NCBI GenBank assembly: GCA_017466445.1
Contig: JAFTUC010000006.1
Coordinates: 1,451-65,450, forward strand
Length of the DNA: 64,000 nt
Origin: Clostridia bacterium
GTDB lineage: Bacteria > Bacillota > Clostridia > Oscillospirales > CAG-272
Direction: 5' to 3'
The notes below the pieces were generated by a model that saw only the letters and a program-made list of their open reading frames with translations, searched no databases and was not told the DNA's origin. Both the position numbers and the translations under genes were made by a program. Of this stretch, positions 36,857 to 46,608 are shown piece after piece (the first letter of the stretch is position 1; each line of letters starts with the position of its first letter).

Positions 36857-38167
36857 TCAGTCGTCAAACTCAAGCTCATATCTCCAGCCCTCTCCGTAGA
36901 AGGGTCTTTCGACGTCAAACTGAGCAACCTTCGCAAGAGATATCTCAAGTCTTCCCGTCTCTCTGTCCTCAAGCATCCAGAAATTCGAGAGCTGAACGTA
37001 TGGCGCGTCCCCCTCTCGGCGGGTGTCGATAGTAGTAAGAGTCGACCTGATCGGCACACCGAGCTTTTCGTCTATCTCGGCTATGCAGAGCGGATATCTC
37101 GGATGATTGCCGTAAGCTCCCGGTCCCACGACGTTGCCTATCCAGTAGAGCTTGCCGCTTTTCTTGAGCCTTATAAAATCCGATATCGTCGCGCTCGAAT
37201 ATAAAAACTCTCCGTTGTCGAAATGCCATGGCTGAGGCTGAGTGAAGCTCTTTGCGCCGTCGTCCGAATAAGCGAACCATTTTACCGCGGGAGTTCCCTT
37301 CTCGATACGCGTATTCCAGCCGGGCTCTATCATATTCGAGCCTCTCATGACGAGCACGATCCGTCCGCTTTCAAGCTCGGCAAGAGTGGGCTCGTCGATG
37401 CCTCGCGAGGACTGAAGATCACTGAGTATTATCGGCTCGGAATAAGTGAAATCGTAAAGCTCTTTTTCGGTATCGAACCTTCCGCGAGCGACTATAACGC
37501 ATCTGAATATATCGGGACGGCTCGGGAATATTTTATTTACGTCAAGACCCGCACGGGCGCATCCAACACTTACAGGTACGCTCACGGCAACTATGATATC
37601 ACCGTTTTTAAGCACCACGGGAGGATTAACGTATCCTCTGTTTTTGGTGAGATATTCGGGGTTTCTCGGGTTATTTTCGTCAAAGTCAACGCCGTCCTCA
37701 TACATCATAAACTGCTGTGCGTAATGAGTATCCTCGTTTTCCCTGCGTATGCGGATATACTGATGATCATAATAGCCGCAAAGCTCTCCGGTCTTATTTC
37801 CCGACCAGAACTTCTCATACGCTTCAACGTGACCGTTTATAAAATATCTGAAAGCGTAAGTGGAAACGTAGTGCCTATGCACCGGATTCCACACGTCAAG
37901 GCAACGCTGCTCGTCGAGATTGTCTATCGCCTCGTCATTTCCGTAGAAAACGGAGGTGCTCTCCTTGGGGATCTCTACCCAATCGCCGTACGTCCTACCG
38001 TTATCACGGCTTATGCGGTATTTTCCGAAAGGAGGAAAGTCGCAGTCATCCTGGATGCGCACCATCTGCTTGCAGTCAAGTCCGTCATGATTTAAATAGA
38101 CTCTTACAACGGTCGTGATCCCGCCCTCGTGAGCATCCGATGTCTTGATAGCGTTTACCTTTATCAT
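36857..38167 (-). CDS. Cytoplasmic BNR/Asp-box beta-propeller protein (sialidase/GH33-like superfamily)
   Basis: 436 aa. Asp-boxes SRDNGRTYGDW and SDDGAKSF. No signal peptide. Confidence 0.65.
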   Translation of the reverse strand: MIKVNAIKTSDAHEGGITTVVRVYLNHDGLDCKQMVRIQDDCDFPPFGKYRISRDNGRTYGDWVEIPKESTSVFYGNDEAIDNLDEQRCLDVWNPVHRHYVSTYAFRYFINGHVEAYEKFWSGNKTGELCGYYDHQYIRIRRENEDTHYAQQFMMYEDGVDFDENNPRNPEYLTKNRGYVNPPVVLKNGDIIVAVSVPVSVGCARAGLDVNKIFPSRPDIFRCVIVARGRFDTEKELYDFTYSEPIILSDLQSSRGIDEPTLAELESGRIVLVMRGSNMIEPGWNTRIEKGTPAVKWFAYSDDGAKSFTQPQPWHFDNGEFLYSSATISDFIRLKKSGKLYWIGNVVGPGAYGNHPRYPLCIAEIDEKLGVPIRSTLTTIDTRREGDAPYVQLSNFWMLEDRETGRLEISLAKVAQFDVERPFYGEGWRYELEFDD

Positions 38168-38280
38168 AACCTATTCTCCCTGTGTGAATTCATTAAGATC
38201 TGTTTTCGAGTTTATTTTATCAAAAAATATTGCAAAGTAAATTGTGTTGTATGAACATATTAATTGCAAAAAATGAACTG

Positions 38281-39132
38281 TCACCTCTTTCTGAAATCGG
38301 CAGGAGAAAGTCCGATATGCTTTTTAAAGAGCTTACTGAAAAATCTCGGATCCTCGTATCCAACAAGGAGTGCGATCTGCTTTACGCTCATATCGGTATT
38401 TTCGAGCAGATCGCAGGCGCTGTTCAGGCGGAGCCTGACGATATACGCCATCGGCGAGAGACCGAACTGCTCGGTGAAATGGGCAACGTAGCGTGAATTG
38501 CTGAGATTTTCCATTTTCGCAAGCTCGGGGACACGCAGGTCGGTGTTGTAATAAGCGCCTATATGCTTGACCGAACGCTCAAACGAGCGCTTTTTTCTTA
38601 CCACCACCGAATTTGCCGCCGATATCACGAGTCTCTCGAGTGCGCAGGCAAGCTCTTGTCTGAAAAAAGAGCCCCTGCTTTCATATATCTCGAAAATTCG
38701 GTAAAATCTCGATATTATGCGGTTATTCTCCCCCGCATCGCTTATCAGCGGGAGCTCGGAAAATCCGCATTCGTCAAGAAATCTTTTTGCGTATGAGCCT
38801 GTAAAATGCACCCAATAATAGGAAAGCTGAGAGTCTCCCGAAAAGACGTATCTGTATCCGTATCTCGGCGGAAAGATTATTATATTTCCCGTGCTTGCAG
38901 AGCATTTTCCGTCAGGCATATCGAAGATCACCGTGCCGGTATCGATATACATAAGGTAAAAATCCTCTCTTCCGCTCACGTTATCGGTGACAAAGGGGAT
39001 CTCTGTCACGAAATTTCCCGCGCAGTTAACGACTATCGGATATTCATTTGACTCCCTGCTGAGGCAGTTTATTCCGAGTCCCTCGGTCGGTTCGTTGGTA
39101 TAATAGGAAACGTGCATATTATTATTCCTCAA
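38281..39132 (-). CDS. AraC family transcriptional regulator
   Basis: 283 aa. The N-terminal half is cupin-like. The C-terminal HTH is VGYEDPRFFSKLFKKHIGLSPADFRK. Confidence 0.88.
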   Translation of the reverse strand: MRNNNMHVSYYTNEPTEGLGINCLSRESNEYPIVVNCAGNFVTEIPFVTDNVSGREDFYLMYIDTGTVIFDMPDGKCSASTGNIIIFPPRYGYRYVFSGDSQLSYYWVHFTGSYAKRFLDECGFSELPLISDAGENNRIISRFYRIFEIYESRGSFFRQELACALERLVISAANSVVVRKKRSFERSVKHIGAYYNTDLRVPELAKMENLSNSRYVAHFTEQFGLSPMAYIVRLRLNSACDLLENTDMSVKQIALLVGYEDPRFFSKLFKKHIGLSPADFRKR

Positions 39133-39247
39133 AAAAAGTAAAAAAGTACACCTTATAGGTAAAAATATCTATTGACATTTTCTTAATGATATTATATGAT
39201 TAAATAAAAACAAAGTCAATACATTTTTGAAAGGAAGGTCAATTTAC

Positions 39248-40516
39248 ATGAAAAAGATCATAATTATCGGAGCCGGCGGACGAGGAACCGGATACGCCGA
39301 CATCGCAATGAAGGAGCTCGGTGATTTTGAGATCGTAGCGGTCGCAGAGCCCAAGGATGCAAGAAGAAACTACATTAAAAACACGTACAACGTTCCCGAG
39401 GAGATGTGCCACACCTCCTGGGAGGATATTCTTTCCCGTCCCAAGTTCGCTGATCTTGTGATCATTGCGACGATGGACAGAGATCATTTCGCTCCCGCTA
39501 TGGCGGCTATCGAAAAGGGATATGACCTGCTTCTCGAGAAGCCGATGGGCGCTACTCCCGCAGAGTGTTGCGCTATTGAGCGCGCGGCAAAGGAAAAGGG
39601 CGTTTTCGTGCTCGTATGCCACGTTCTCAGATTCACGAACTTCTTTATCACCCTCAAAAAGCTCATCAACAGCGGAAGGATCGGCAAGGTAGTTCACATC
39701 CAGCATGCGGAATGTGTAGGACACATCCATCAGAGCCACTCCTTCGTTCGCGGAAATTGGAAGAACAGCGACGAGACCACTCCCATGATCGTTCAGAAGT
39801 CCTGCCACGACATGGACATACTTCAGTGGCTCATCGGCAAGAAGTGCACCAAGGTACACAGCTTCGGCTCGCTTTCCTATTTCAGAAAGGAAAATGCTCC
39901 CGAGGGCGCTCCCGAATTCTGTATCGACGGTTGTCCGCACGCCGAAAGCTGCTACTACAACGCAGTAAAGGTCTACGGCGGCATGAGCAAGAGCAACTAC
40001 TTCCTCCAGTGCATGGCGGGAACCAACACTCCGACCGACGAGGACGTTCAAAGAGGCCTTCACGGAGATTTCGGACGCTGCGTATTCCGTTGCAACAACA
40101 ACGTAGTTGACCATCAGACCGTAAACCTCGAGTTCGAGGACGGCGCTACCGTAAGCTTTACTATGGCGGCCTTCAACAGAGGCGGACGTCACATCAAGAT
40201 AATGGGAACAGGCGGCGAGATGTATGCCGACATGGATTCGAATCACATCACCGTATTCGATTTCGCAACATGCAAGACTACCGATGTCAAGATCGCAGAC
40301 GTTATGTCCGACGATTCTATAAACGGCGGTCACGGCGGCGGAGACCAGGGCATTATGGTAGCCATCAGCAAGCGTCTTGACGGTGAGACCGAAAACGATT
40401 CGATCTGCCCGATAGAGGAGACCTGCACCAACCACCTCATCGCCTTTGCCGCAGAGGAATCGAGAGTTACGGGCAAGGTCGTCGATATGGACGAGTACCG
40501 CGCAAGATTCAACTAA
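39248..40516 (+). CDS. Gfo/Idh/MocA family NAD(P)-dependent oxidoreductase
   Basis: The Rossmann N-terminus is MKKIIIIGAGGRGTGY, with the EKP motif (LLLEKPMG). An AAGGAAGG RBS precedes the ATG at 39248, so I reject the track start at 39227. Confidence 0.88.
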   Translation: MKKIIIIGAGGRGTGYADIAMKELGDFEIVAVAEPKDARRNYIKNTYNVPEEMCHTSWEDILSRPKFADLVIIATMDRDHFAPAMAAIEKGYDLLLEKPMGATPAECCAIERAAKEKGVFVLVCHVLRFTNFFITLKKLINSGRIGKVVHIQHAECVGHIHQSHSFVRGNWKNSDETTPMIVQKSCHDMDILQWLIGKKCTKVHSFGSLSYFRKENAPEGAPEFCIDGCPHAESCYYNAVKVYGGMSKSNYFLQCMAGTNTPTDEDVQRGLHGDFGRCVFRCNNNVVDHQTVNLEFEDGATVSFTMAAFNRGGRHIKIMGTGGEMYADMDSNHITVFDFATCKTTDVKIADVMSDDSINGGHGGGDQGIMVAISKRLDGETENDSICPIEETCTNHLIAFAAEESRVTGKVVDMDEYRARFN

Positions 40517-40525
40517 TCGTCTTTA

Positions 40526-40557
40526 AGGGGACTTTTCGCAAAAAAGTCCCCTATTTT
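40526..40557 (+). terminator. Intra-operon hairpin (partial terminator)
   Basis: aggggactttt cgcaa aaaagtcccct, followed by ATTTT. Confidence 0.5.
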
Positions 40558-40574
40558 CAAAATCAGGAGTACTT

Positions 40575-42302
40575 ATGAACAACTACGTCAAATACATAGA
40601 AAACCGAATGAGTGACGACGAAAAGGAGATGCTCAAAAAAATATATTCTCCCACCGTCGTAGCAACTCCCCTTGCCGACTCAAGACGTGACGTCTGCGTT
40701 CTGCCGAGCGGCGAGATCCGCGCGTACAGCGAATATCACCCGATCGCAGGGCGTTCCGGAGATATCCCGAGGGGCACCTATCTTTCCTCCGTGGACGGCG
40801 GACTCTCCTGGAGCACGAAATATTCAAAGGGCATCGTCCATTCTTGCTCGTATTTTGAGGAGCCGGATATCTACCTTGCAGTGGACGAGTCGGACGGACT
40901 CTGCGTCTACCGCTCCAAGATCGGTCCGGATGACGAAGCTCCCGAAATAATAAGACTTGCCGAGAAATCGGAGGGCTTCCACTGCAGCTTCCTTCCGCAA
41001 AAATCGGATTTTTGCGATCGCGTATGGTTCACCTCCGAAATAGGAGACCGTGCCTTCTTTTTCTTCTCTGACGATTGGGGAAAAAGCTGGGAAAGACGTG
41101 AGATCGCACCCATAAAGCCGTTTGAGACGGTATTCCCCCACAAGGGCACCAGATGGTGCGTTGAAAGCGGACGCGAGCCTTATGCCATAGAGCTTTCCGA
41201 AGGCAAAATGATGATGATCCTTCGCACTCCGCTCGATTGCTTCTATCTGTCCTACTCGTACGATCGCGGAAACAGTTGGACCGAGCCCGAGGAGAGCATT
41301 TTCTACGGCACTGACACGACCGCATTTCTCCTCCGCCTTTCGGACGAAAGGATAATAACCTTCTGGAACAACACAAGACCCCTTCCCGAGCCGAATCACA
41401 ACGCCACCCTTCCGCCTGTCGGAGATCACGTTAAAAAAGGCTTTGGCGAGGACGCATTCACAAACAGAGACGCCGCTCACGCCGCTATCAGCGAGGATGG
41501 TGGCGAGAGCTTTATCGGATTTCGCGAGATAATTCTGAACCCGATAAGAAACAATGCCGATTTCAGACACGCGGGCGACGTAAGGACCTCGCTTGACAAG
41601 AGCGTCCATCAGTTTCAGGCGTTCGAGCTTCCCTTTAACAAGGTGCTCGTCAGTGCGGGACAGAATTCCGCGTCAAGAAGACTTCTGATATTTGACGTCA
41701 ATTGGCTCTACGAGACCTCGCGAAAAGAGGATTTCCTCGGCGGTCTCGGAAATATAACGGCTCACACCTACATAAAAAGCGTTTCCGACTCACACGCATG
41801 GCGCCTTGGCAACGGACACTGCGCGTGGAACAGAGCGATGAGCGCATACCCGATGCCCGATCCGGACGGAGAACCGAGCGAAGCGCTCCTAATCTCGAAG
41901 CATCACGATGAGCGTCTCATAAACGACATCGGCGGCGCGACTTGGAACTTCCCCGCATCGCCGCGCGGACGGGTCGATATAGTTACAAGGGTGATCGAAA
42001 AGCAGGCTCGATTCATTCTCAGCGACCGATGGTTCAACACCTGTGACCGATACGCTCACATCCTTTCGCCCTTCTTTTTTGAGATATCAAAGGAGGACGT
42101 CGGAGACCGATTTTTTACGCTGAGCATTATATACGATACCGTTGCGGGACGCGCGGACGTTCTTGTAAACGGCGAGAGGATCTTTTCTCTCAAAATGTCT
42201 CGCTCTGCACCGACAGGGCTCTCGTACCTGATAATGCAGTGCGATACCGACGGAGATTCAAAGGGATTTTACGTAAGATCGCTCGAAAAGACGACTTTAT
42301 AA
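40575..42302 (+). CDS. Cytoplasmic BNR/Asp-box beta-propeller protein with a C-terminal lectin/LamG-like domain (sialidase superfamily)
   Basis: 575 aa. Four Asp-boxes: SSVDGGLSW, SDDWGKSW, SYDRGNSW and SEDGGESF. No signal peptide. Confidence 0.7.
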   Translation: MNNYVKYIENRMSDDEKEMLKKIYSPTVVATPLADSRRDVCVLPSGEIRAYSEYHPIAGRSGDIPRGTYLSSVDGGLSWSTKYSKGIVHSCSYFEEPDIYLAVDESDGLCVYRSKIGPDDEAPEIIRLAEKSEGFHCSFLPQKSDFCDRVWFTSEIGDRAFFFFSDDWGKSWERREIAPIKPFETVFPHKGTRWCVESGREPYAIELSEGKMMMILRTPLDCFYLSYSYDRGNSWTEPEESIFYGTDTTAFLLRLSDERIITFWNNTRPLPEPNHNATLPPVGDHVKKGFGEDAFTNRDAAHAAISEDGGESFIGFREIILNPIRNNADFRHAGDVRTSLDKSVHQFQAFELPFNKVLVSAGQNSASRRLLIFDVNWLYETSRKEDFLGGLGNITAHTYIKSVSDSHAWRLGNGHCAWNRAMSAYPMPDPDGEPSEALLISKHHDERLINDIGGATWNFPASPRGRVDIVTRVIEKQARFILSDRWFNTCDRYAHILSPFFFEISKEDVGDRFFTLSIIYDTVAGRADVLVNGERIFSLKMSRSAPTGLSYLIMQCDTDGDSKGFYVRSLEKTTL

Positions 42303-42515
42303 GATCAAATTATGTAAACATTTTGTAAACAAAGCTCTTTTTACGTGCAATTTGCTTTCATATATGGTATAATGTTTCTCGCTTGCAAGTAAAAAACTTG
42401 CGGCAAACATAACTCGCAAAGCTTGGTTTACGGGTAAACGCCTTGTTTTCGGGCGATTCACCATGCCGCAGACTCGGTTTTGGACGAGAATAAATCTAAA
42501 GAAAGGTGAAAAACT

Positions 42516-42782
42516 ATGCTCGCAAAGGAAAAGAAGCAGGAAATAATTCTCGCTAACGCTATGCACGAGGGTGACACCGGCTCGCCCGAGGTTCAGATCG
42601 CTATCCTTACTCAGCGCATCAACGACCTTAACGCGCATCTCGCTAACAATCAGAAGGATTTCCACAGCCGCCGCGGACTTCTCAAGATGGTAGGTAAGAG
42701 ACGTAACCTTCTCAAGTATCTCCAGAATACCGACATTGAGCGTTACCGCGCAATAGTTAAGAAGCTCGGACTCAGAAAGTAA
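42516..42782 (+). CDS. rpsO: 30S ribosomal protein S15
   Basis: 88 aa. [44 protein letters not shown]. Confidence 0.97.
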   Translation: MLAKEKKQEIILANAMHEGDTGSPEVQIAILTQRINDLNAHLANNQKDFHSRRGLLKMVGKRRNLLKYLQNTDIERYRAIVKKLGLRK

Positions 42783-42811
42783 GTTCGCGCCTCGAAAACG
42801 ACGTTTTCACG

Positions 42812-42842
42812 AAAATGGGAGGCCTCTCGCCTCCCATTTTTG
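42812..42842 (+). terminator. rpsO terminator
   Basis: aaaatgggaggc ctctc gcctcccatttt, followed by T. Confidence 0.8.
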
Positions 42843-42893
42843 AGGTAAAACGATACAAAAAGTCAAACCTACGGTCTTGACCGGATAAATTCA

Positions 42894-42947
42894 ATAATGA
42901 ATAACGAATGCCTCCGAAGGCTTCGGGAGTATCCGCTATTCATTATT
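42894..42947 (+). promoter_or_regulatory. Long irregular hairpin in the pnp 5' leader (candidate processing or autoregulation structure)
   Basis: Outer stem aataatgaata / tattcattatt. Inner stem ctccgaag / cttcgggag. It lies 48 nt upstream of the pnp ATG. Confidence 0.4.
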
Positions 42948-42994
42948 TTCCGGTTAAGGCTGATAAAATCAATATCAAAGAAAGGTAAAGAAAA

Positions 42995-45154
42995 ATGTTC
43001 GAAAACTACAAGGTATTTGAAACAACTCTTGCAGGCAGACCTCTTACCGTTGAAACCGGAAAAATGGCAGGTCTCGCAAACGGCTCGTGTCTCGTAAGAT
43101 ACGGTGAGACCTCGATCCTCGCTACCGCTACCGCTTCGGCTAAGCCTCGCGACGGAATCGACTTCCTTCCCCTCTCGGTAGACTTTGAGGAAAGACTCTA
43201 CGCAGTCGGAAGGATCCCCGGCGGATATCTCAGACGTGAGGGCAGACCCTCCGAAAAGGCGATACTCACCTCCCGTGTTATCGACCGTCCTATCCGTCCC
43301 CTCTTCCCTAAGGATCTTCGCAACGACGTCGCTATCAGCCTGATGGTACTCAGCGTTGACAACGACTGCTCCCCCGAGATCACCGCTATGCTCGGTGCCT
43401 CCATCGCTCTTTCCATTTCGGATATTCCGTGGAACGGACCTATCGCAGGTGTGTTCATGGGTCTCGTCGACGGCAAGATCGTCGTTAACCCCACCTCCGA
43501 GCAGAGAACGAGAAGCGATCTCGAGCTTACCGTAGCAGGCTCGGCAAAGAAGGTCGTTATGATCGAGGCAGGCGCGAACGAGGTAGACGACGACACCATG
43601 TTCGAGGCTATTATGCAGGCTCACGAGGAGATCAAGGTGCTCTGCTCCTTCATCGATTCGATCGTTGCAGAGGTCGGAAAGGCTAAGTTCGATTACCCCT
43701 CCTGCGAGCTTGATCACGACATGTTCGACAAGATCTTCGATTTCTGCGAGAAGGACGTTATGGTCGCTCTCGACACCGACGACAAGACTGTCCGTGACGC
43801 GAGAATGCAGCCCATCACCGACGCTATCCTCGAGAAATTCTCCGAAGAATATCCCGAGCTTCCCGACATCATCGGCGAGCTCGTATACAAGATCCAGAAG
43901 AAGATCGTCCGCAGATGGCTCCTTCAGGACAAGAAGCGTGTTGACGGCAGAAGAATGGACGAGATCCGTCCTCTCGCCGCTGAGGTAGACCTTCTTCCCA
44001 GAGTTCACGGCTCGGGTATGTTCACCAGAGGTCAGACTCAGGTTCTCACGATCGCCACCCTCGGAACCGTAGGTGACGCGCAGATGCTCGACACCATCGA
44101 CGAGGAAGAATCCAAGCGTTATATGCACCATTACAACATGCCCGGCTTCTCGACCGGTGAGGCAAAGGCAAGCCGTAGCCCCGGACGCCGTGAGATCGGA
44201 CACGGAGCGCTCGCAGAGCGTTCGCTCATCCCCGTGCTTCCCTCTGTTGAGGAGTTCCCCTACGCTATGCGTCTCGTTTCCGAGGTAATCTCCTCGAACG
44301 GATCGACCTCTCAGGCATCGGTCTGCGGATCCACTCTCGCTCTTATGGCGGCAGGCGTTCCGATCAAGGCTCCCGTAGCAGGTATCTCCTGCGGACTTAT
44401 CACCGCCGAGGACGGCTCTTGGGACACCATGATCGACATTCAGGGTCTCGAGGACTTCTACGGAGATATGGACTTCAAGGTAGCAGGTACTCACAAGGGT
44501 ATCACCTCAATTCAGATGGACCTTAAGATCGACGGACTTACCCCCGAGATCATCAAGGCGGCATTCGAGATGACTCACAAGGGTCGTGACTATATCATCG
44601 ACGAGATCATTCTCAAGGCCATCCCCGCTCCTCGCGCAGAGGTCAACAAGTACGCTCCCAAGATGATCATCATGCACATCAACCCCGACAAGATCCGCGA
44701 GGTAATCGGTAAGGGTGGCGAGGTCATCCAGAAGATCGTTGCGGATACAGGCGCCAAGATCGACATTGAGGACGACGGAACCGTTTATATCGCAGCAGTC
44801 AACCGCGACAGCGGTCTTGCCGCTCAGTCTATCATCGCAGGCATTTGCTTCGAGCCCGAGATCGGCTGCAAGTACAAGGGAAAGGTAACGAGAATCGCAG
44901 AGTTCGGCGCGTTCGTTGAGATCGCTCCCGGAAAAGAGGTTCTTTGCCACATCTCCAAGCTTGCAGACCACAGAGTTGACAAGGTAGAGGACGTTGTTAA
45001 TATCGGCGACGAGTTCACCGTCAAGTTCCTCGGCGTAGGCGCAAAGGGACCCGATTTCGCATATGCGGATTATGAGGTCAGAGAGCGCGCTCCCCGTGAG
45101 CACAGAGAGTCTCGCGACGGCGCAAGAAAGCCTTTCAGAAGAAAAGAAGACTGA
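42995..45154 (+). CDS. pnp: Polyribonucleotide nucleotidyltransferase (PNPase)
   Basis: 719 aa. Two RNase PH domains are followed by KH (VIGKGGEVIQKI) and S1 (GKVTRIAEFGAFVEI) domains. Confidence 0.97.
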   Translation: MFENYKVFETTLAGRPLTVETGKMAGLANGSCLVRYGETSILATATASAKPRDGIDFLPLSVDFEERLYAVGRIPGGYLRREGRPSEKAILTSRVIDRPIRPLFPKDLRNDVAISLMVLSVDNDCSPEITAMLGASIALSISDIPWNGPIAGVFMGLVDGKIVVNPTSEQRTRSDLELTVAGSAKKVVMIEAGANEVDDDTMFEAIMQAHEEIKVLCSFIDSIVAEVGKAKFDYPSCELDHDMFDKIFDFCEKDVMVALDTDDKTVRDARMQPITDAILEKFSEEYPELPDIIGELVYKIQKKIVRRWLLQDKKRVDGRRMDEIRPLAAEVDLLPRVHGSGMFTRGQTQVLTIATLGTVGDAQMLDTIDEEESKRYMHHYNMPGFSTGEAKASRSPGRREIGHGALAERSLIPVLPSVEEFPYAMRLVSEVISSNGSTSQASVCGSTLALMAAGVPIKAPVAGISCGLITAEDGSWDTMIDIQGLEDFYGDMDFKVAGTHKGITSIQMDLKIDGLTPEIIKAAFEMTHKGRDYIIDEIILKAIPAPRAEVNKYAPKMIIMHINPDKIREVIGKGGEVIQKIVADTGAKIDIEDDGTVYIAAVNRDSGLAAQSIIAGICFEPEIGCKYKGKVTRIAEFGAFVEIAPGKEVLCHISKLADHRVDKVEDVVNIGDEFTVKFLGVGAKGPDFAYADYEVRERAPREHRESRDGARKPFRRKED

Positions 45155-45178
45155 TCTCTGAAAAAACAATAAAAAAAT

Positions 45179-45216
45179 AGCAGGGAAGCTTTAAAAGCTT
45201 CCCTGCTTTCTTTTAT
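45179..45216. terminator. Bidirectional terminator (pnp and the convergent lipoprotein gene)
   Basis: agcagggaagcttt a aaagcttccctgct, followed by TTTCTTTT. Confidence 0.8.
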
Positions 45217-45223
45217 TCTACTG

Positions 45224-45730
45224 TCAGTCTGCAAATTCTACCGACTTTGCCCACTTTATAAACGAATCTCTGTTTTCATCGTAATCATCTTCAACGCAGG
45301 AAAACTGTACGAGCCAGAATGCGTCCGACGATTTGTACATAACGCTGAGATATTCGTAGGTCTGGTCATATTCCTCGTTAAAGAAGGTATATTCCATAAT
45401 GGTAAGCCCATCCTCCGAGGTAATGTCAGAGGGATTCTTTGAAGCGTTATTGGCATAGACAAGATCGGCATACTCAACAACGGAAAGATCCTCGAGGCCC
45501 TCCTGAAGGGTGAACTCCTCCTTAAGAGCAACGACCAACACGTCTTTTGCTGAATAGCATACGGTGTATCCCTCCTGCTCGGTCTTTTTGAAGCTGTCGG
45601 TAAGGGTGATGGTCATTCCTTCCGCGGTGAATTTCTTGGACTCGCCCTCGGTCGCCTCTTCGGATCCGAAGCACGAAGCAAACGAGAGAAGCATCGTCAA
45701 CGCGAGCACTACAGATAAGATTTTTTTCAT
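45224..45730 (-). CDS. Hypothetical lipoprotein
   Basis: MKKILSVVLALTMLLSFASC (lipobox). A GGAGG RBS favours the ATG at 45730 over the track start at 45742. Confidence 0.7.
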   Translation of the reverse strand: MKKILSVVLALTMLLSFASCFGSEEATEGESKKFTAEGMTITLTDSFKKTEQEGYTVCYSAKDVLVVALKEEFTLQEGLEDLSVVEYADLVYANNASKNPSDITSEDGLTIMEYTFFNEEYDQTYEYLSVMYKSSDAFWLVQFSCVEDDYDENRDSFIKWAKSVEFAD

Positions 45731-45766
45731 TTTTTCCTCCAAATATTAAATTTATTTTGTTTTTTC

Positions 45767-45795
45767 ATTATAACACTGTAAAAAAACTTTGTCAA
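45767..45795 (-). promoter_or_regulatory. Consensus SigA promoter (minus strand)
   Basis: On the minus strand: TTGACA (45795-45790), 17-nt spacer, TATAAT (45772-45767). Confidence 0.65.
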
Positions 45796-45843
45796 CAGTT
45801 TGAAGATAATGTATCTGTCTCGCCGTAAATTCCAAGGCTTTAT

Positions 45844-46596
45844 TTAACCCTTGTAAACATCCTGCGCACTTTCAATTATCCTTCTGATGATAGATTTATT
45901 AAAACTACCTTCGACAAGATAGTAGGTATACTCTCCGGTCTTTTCGTCGCAAACCTCGATATAACAATGACCGTCCTCGGTCTCTCCGATAACAAACGCG
46001 TCTTTTTTGAAAACTCCGCTTTCCGTGCAGCTATAAATAGCAGCACTCTTCTTGAAAATAATGACCATACCGCCCGAAAGCGTGACGATATTCTTTTCTG
46101 TCATAAAACTGTCGAGCGCATTGCTATCACCTTTTGAAAGCACGACGTTTTTTATTTCCATATCATATTCGTCACCGTATATAACTACCTCGTATCCGTA
46201 ACGGTCGAGCTTTACGCCACGGTTTAATTCCTTTACCACCTGATCATAAAGATCTGCGATACAGTAGACCTCGGGCTCGCCGTCGTACGTGACCGTCTCG
46301 ATAAGGAAGTTTCCGTCAAGGCTTATATCAAAAAAATCGCCGAGCATTTCGGATAAAAGCACGGGAACGTCGGATGCGGTAACGTAGACTGTATCCTTAG
46401 CGTTTGTCGCGATCTCCAGATCTCCGAGGGAGGGGAGCTTCTTAAACTCCTTCCCCTTATAGGTTATGACTCCGTCGTCGGTATAAATCGCGTGAGCCTC
46501 TCTCATCTCCTTCAGAGAGCCCGAGCAGGAGGTAAAGCAGGTACACAGAAGAATAAGCGTCATCGCAAGCGCGATTATTTTAGCGTTTCTTTTCAT
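45844..46596 (-). CDS. Hypothetical lipoprotein
   Basis: 250 aa. Signal peptide plus lipobox (CFTSC). AGGAGG RBS. Confidence 0.7.
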   Translation of the reverse strand: MKRNAKIIALAMTLILLCTCFTSCSGSLKEMREAHAIYTDDGVITYKGKEFKKLPSLGDLEIATNAKDTVYVTASDVPVLLSEMLGDFFDISLDGNFLIETVTYDGEPEVYCIADLYDQVVKELNRGVKLDRYGYEVVIYGDEYDMEIKNVVLSKGDSNALDSFMTEKNIVTLSGGMVIIFKKSAAIYSCTESGVFKKDAFVIGETEDGHCYIEVCDEKTGEYTYYLVEGSFNKSIIRRIIESAQDVYKG

Positions 46597-46608
46597 TTTT
46601 CACCCTCC

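Noticed and set aside
39239-44494. Long antisense ORFs 39239-40435 (-), 40824-41609 (-), 42869-44494 (-), and also 44507-45169 (-)
   Set aside because: Each lies wholly inside a confidently identified plus-strand gene (oxidoreductase, BNR protein, pnp). None has an RBS or recognisable domains. This is typical of open antisense frames in GC3-biased genes.
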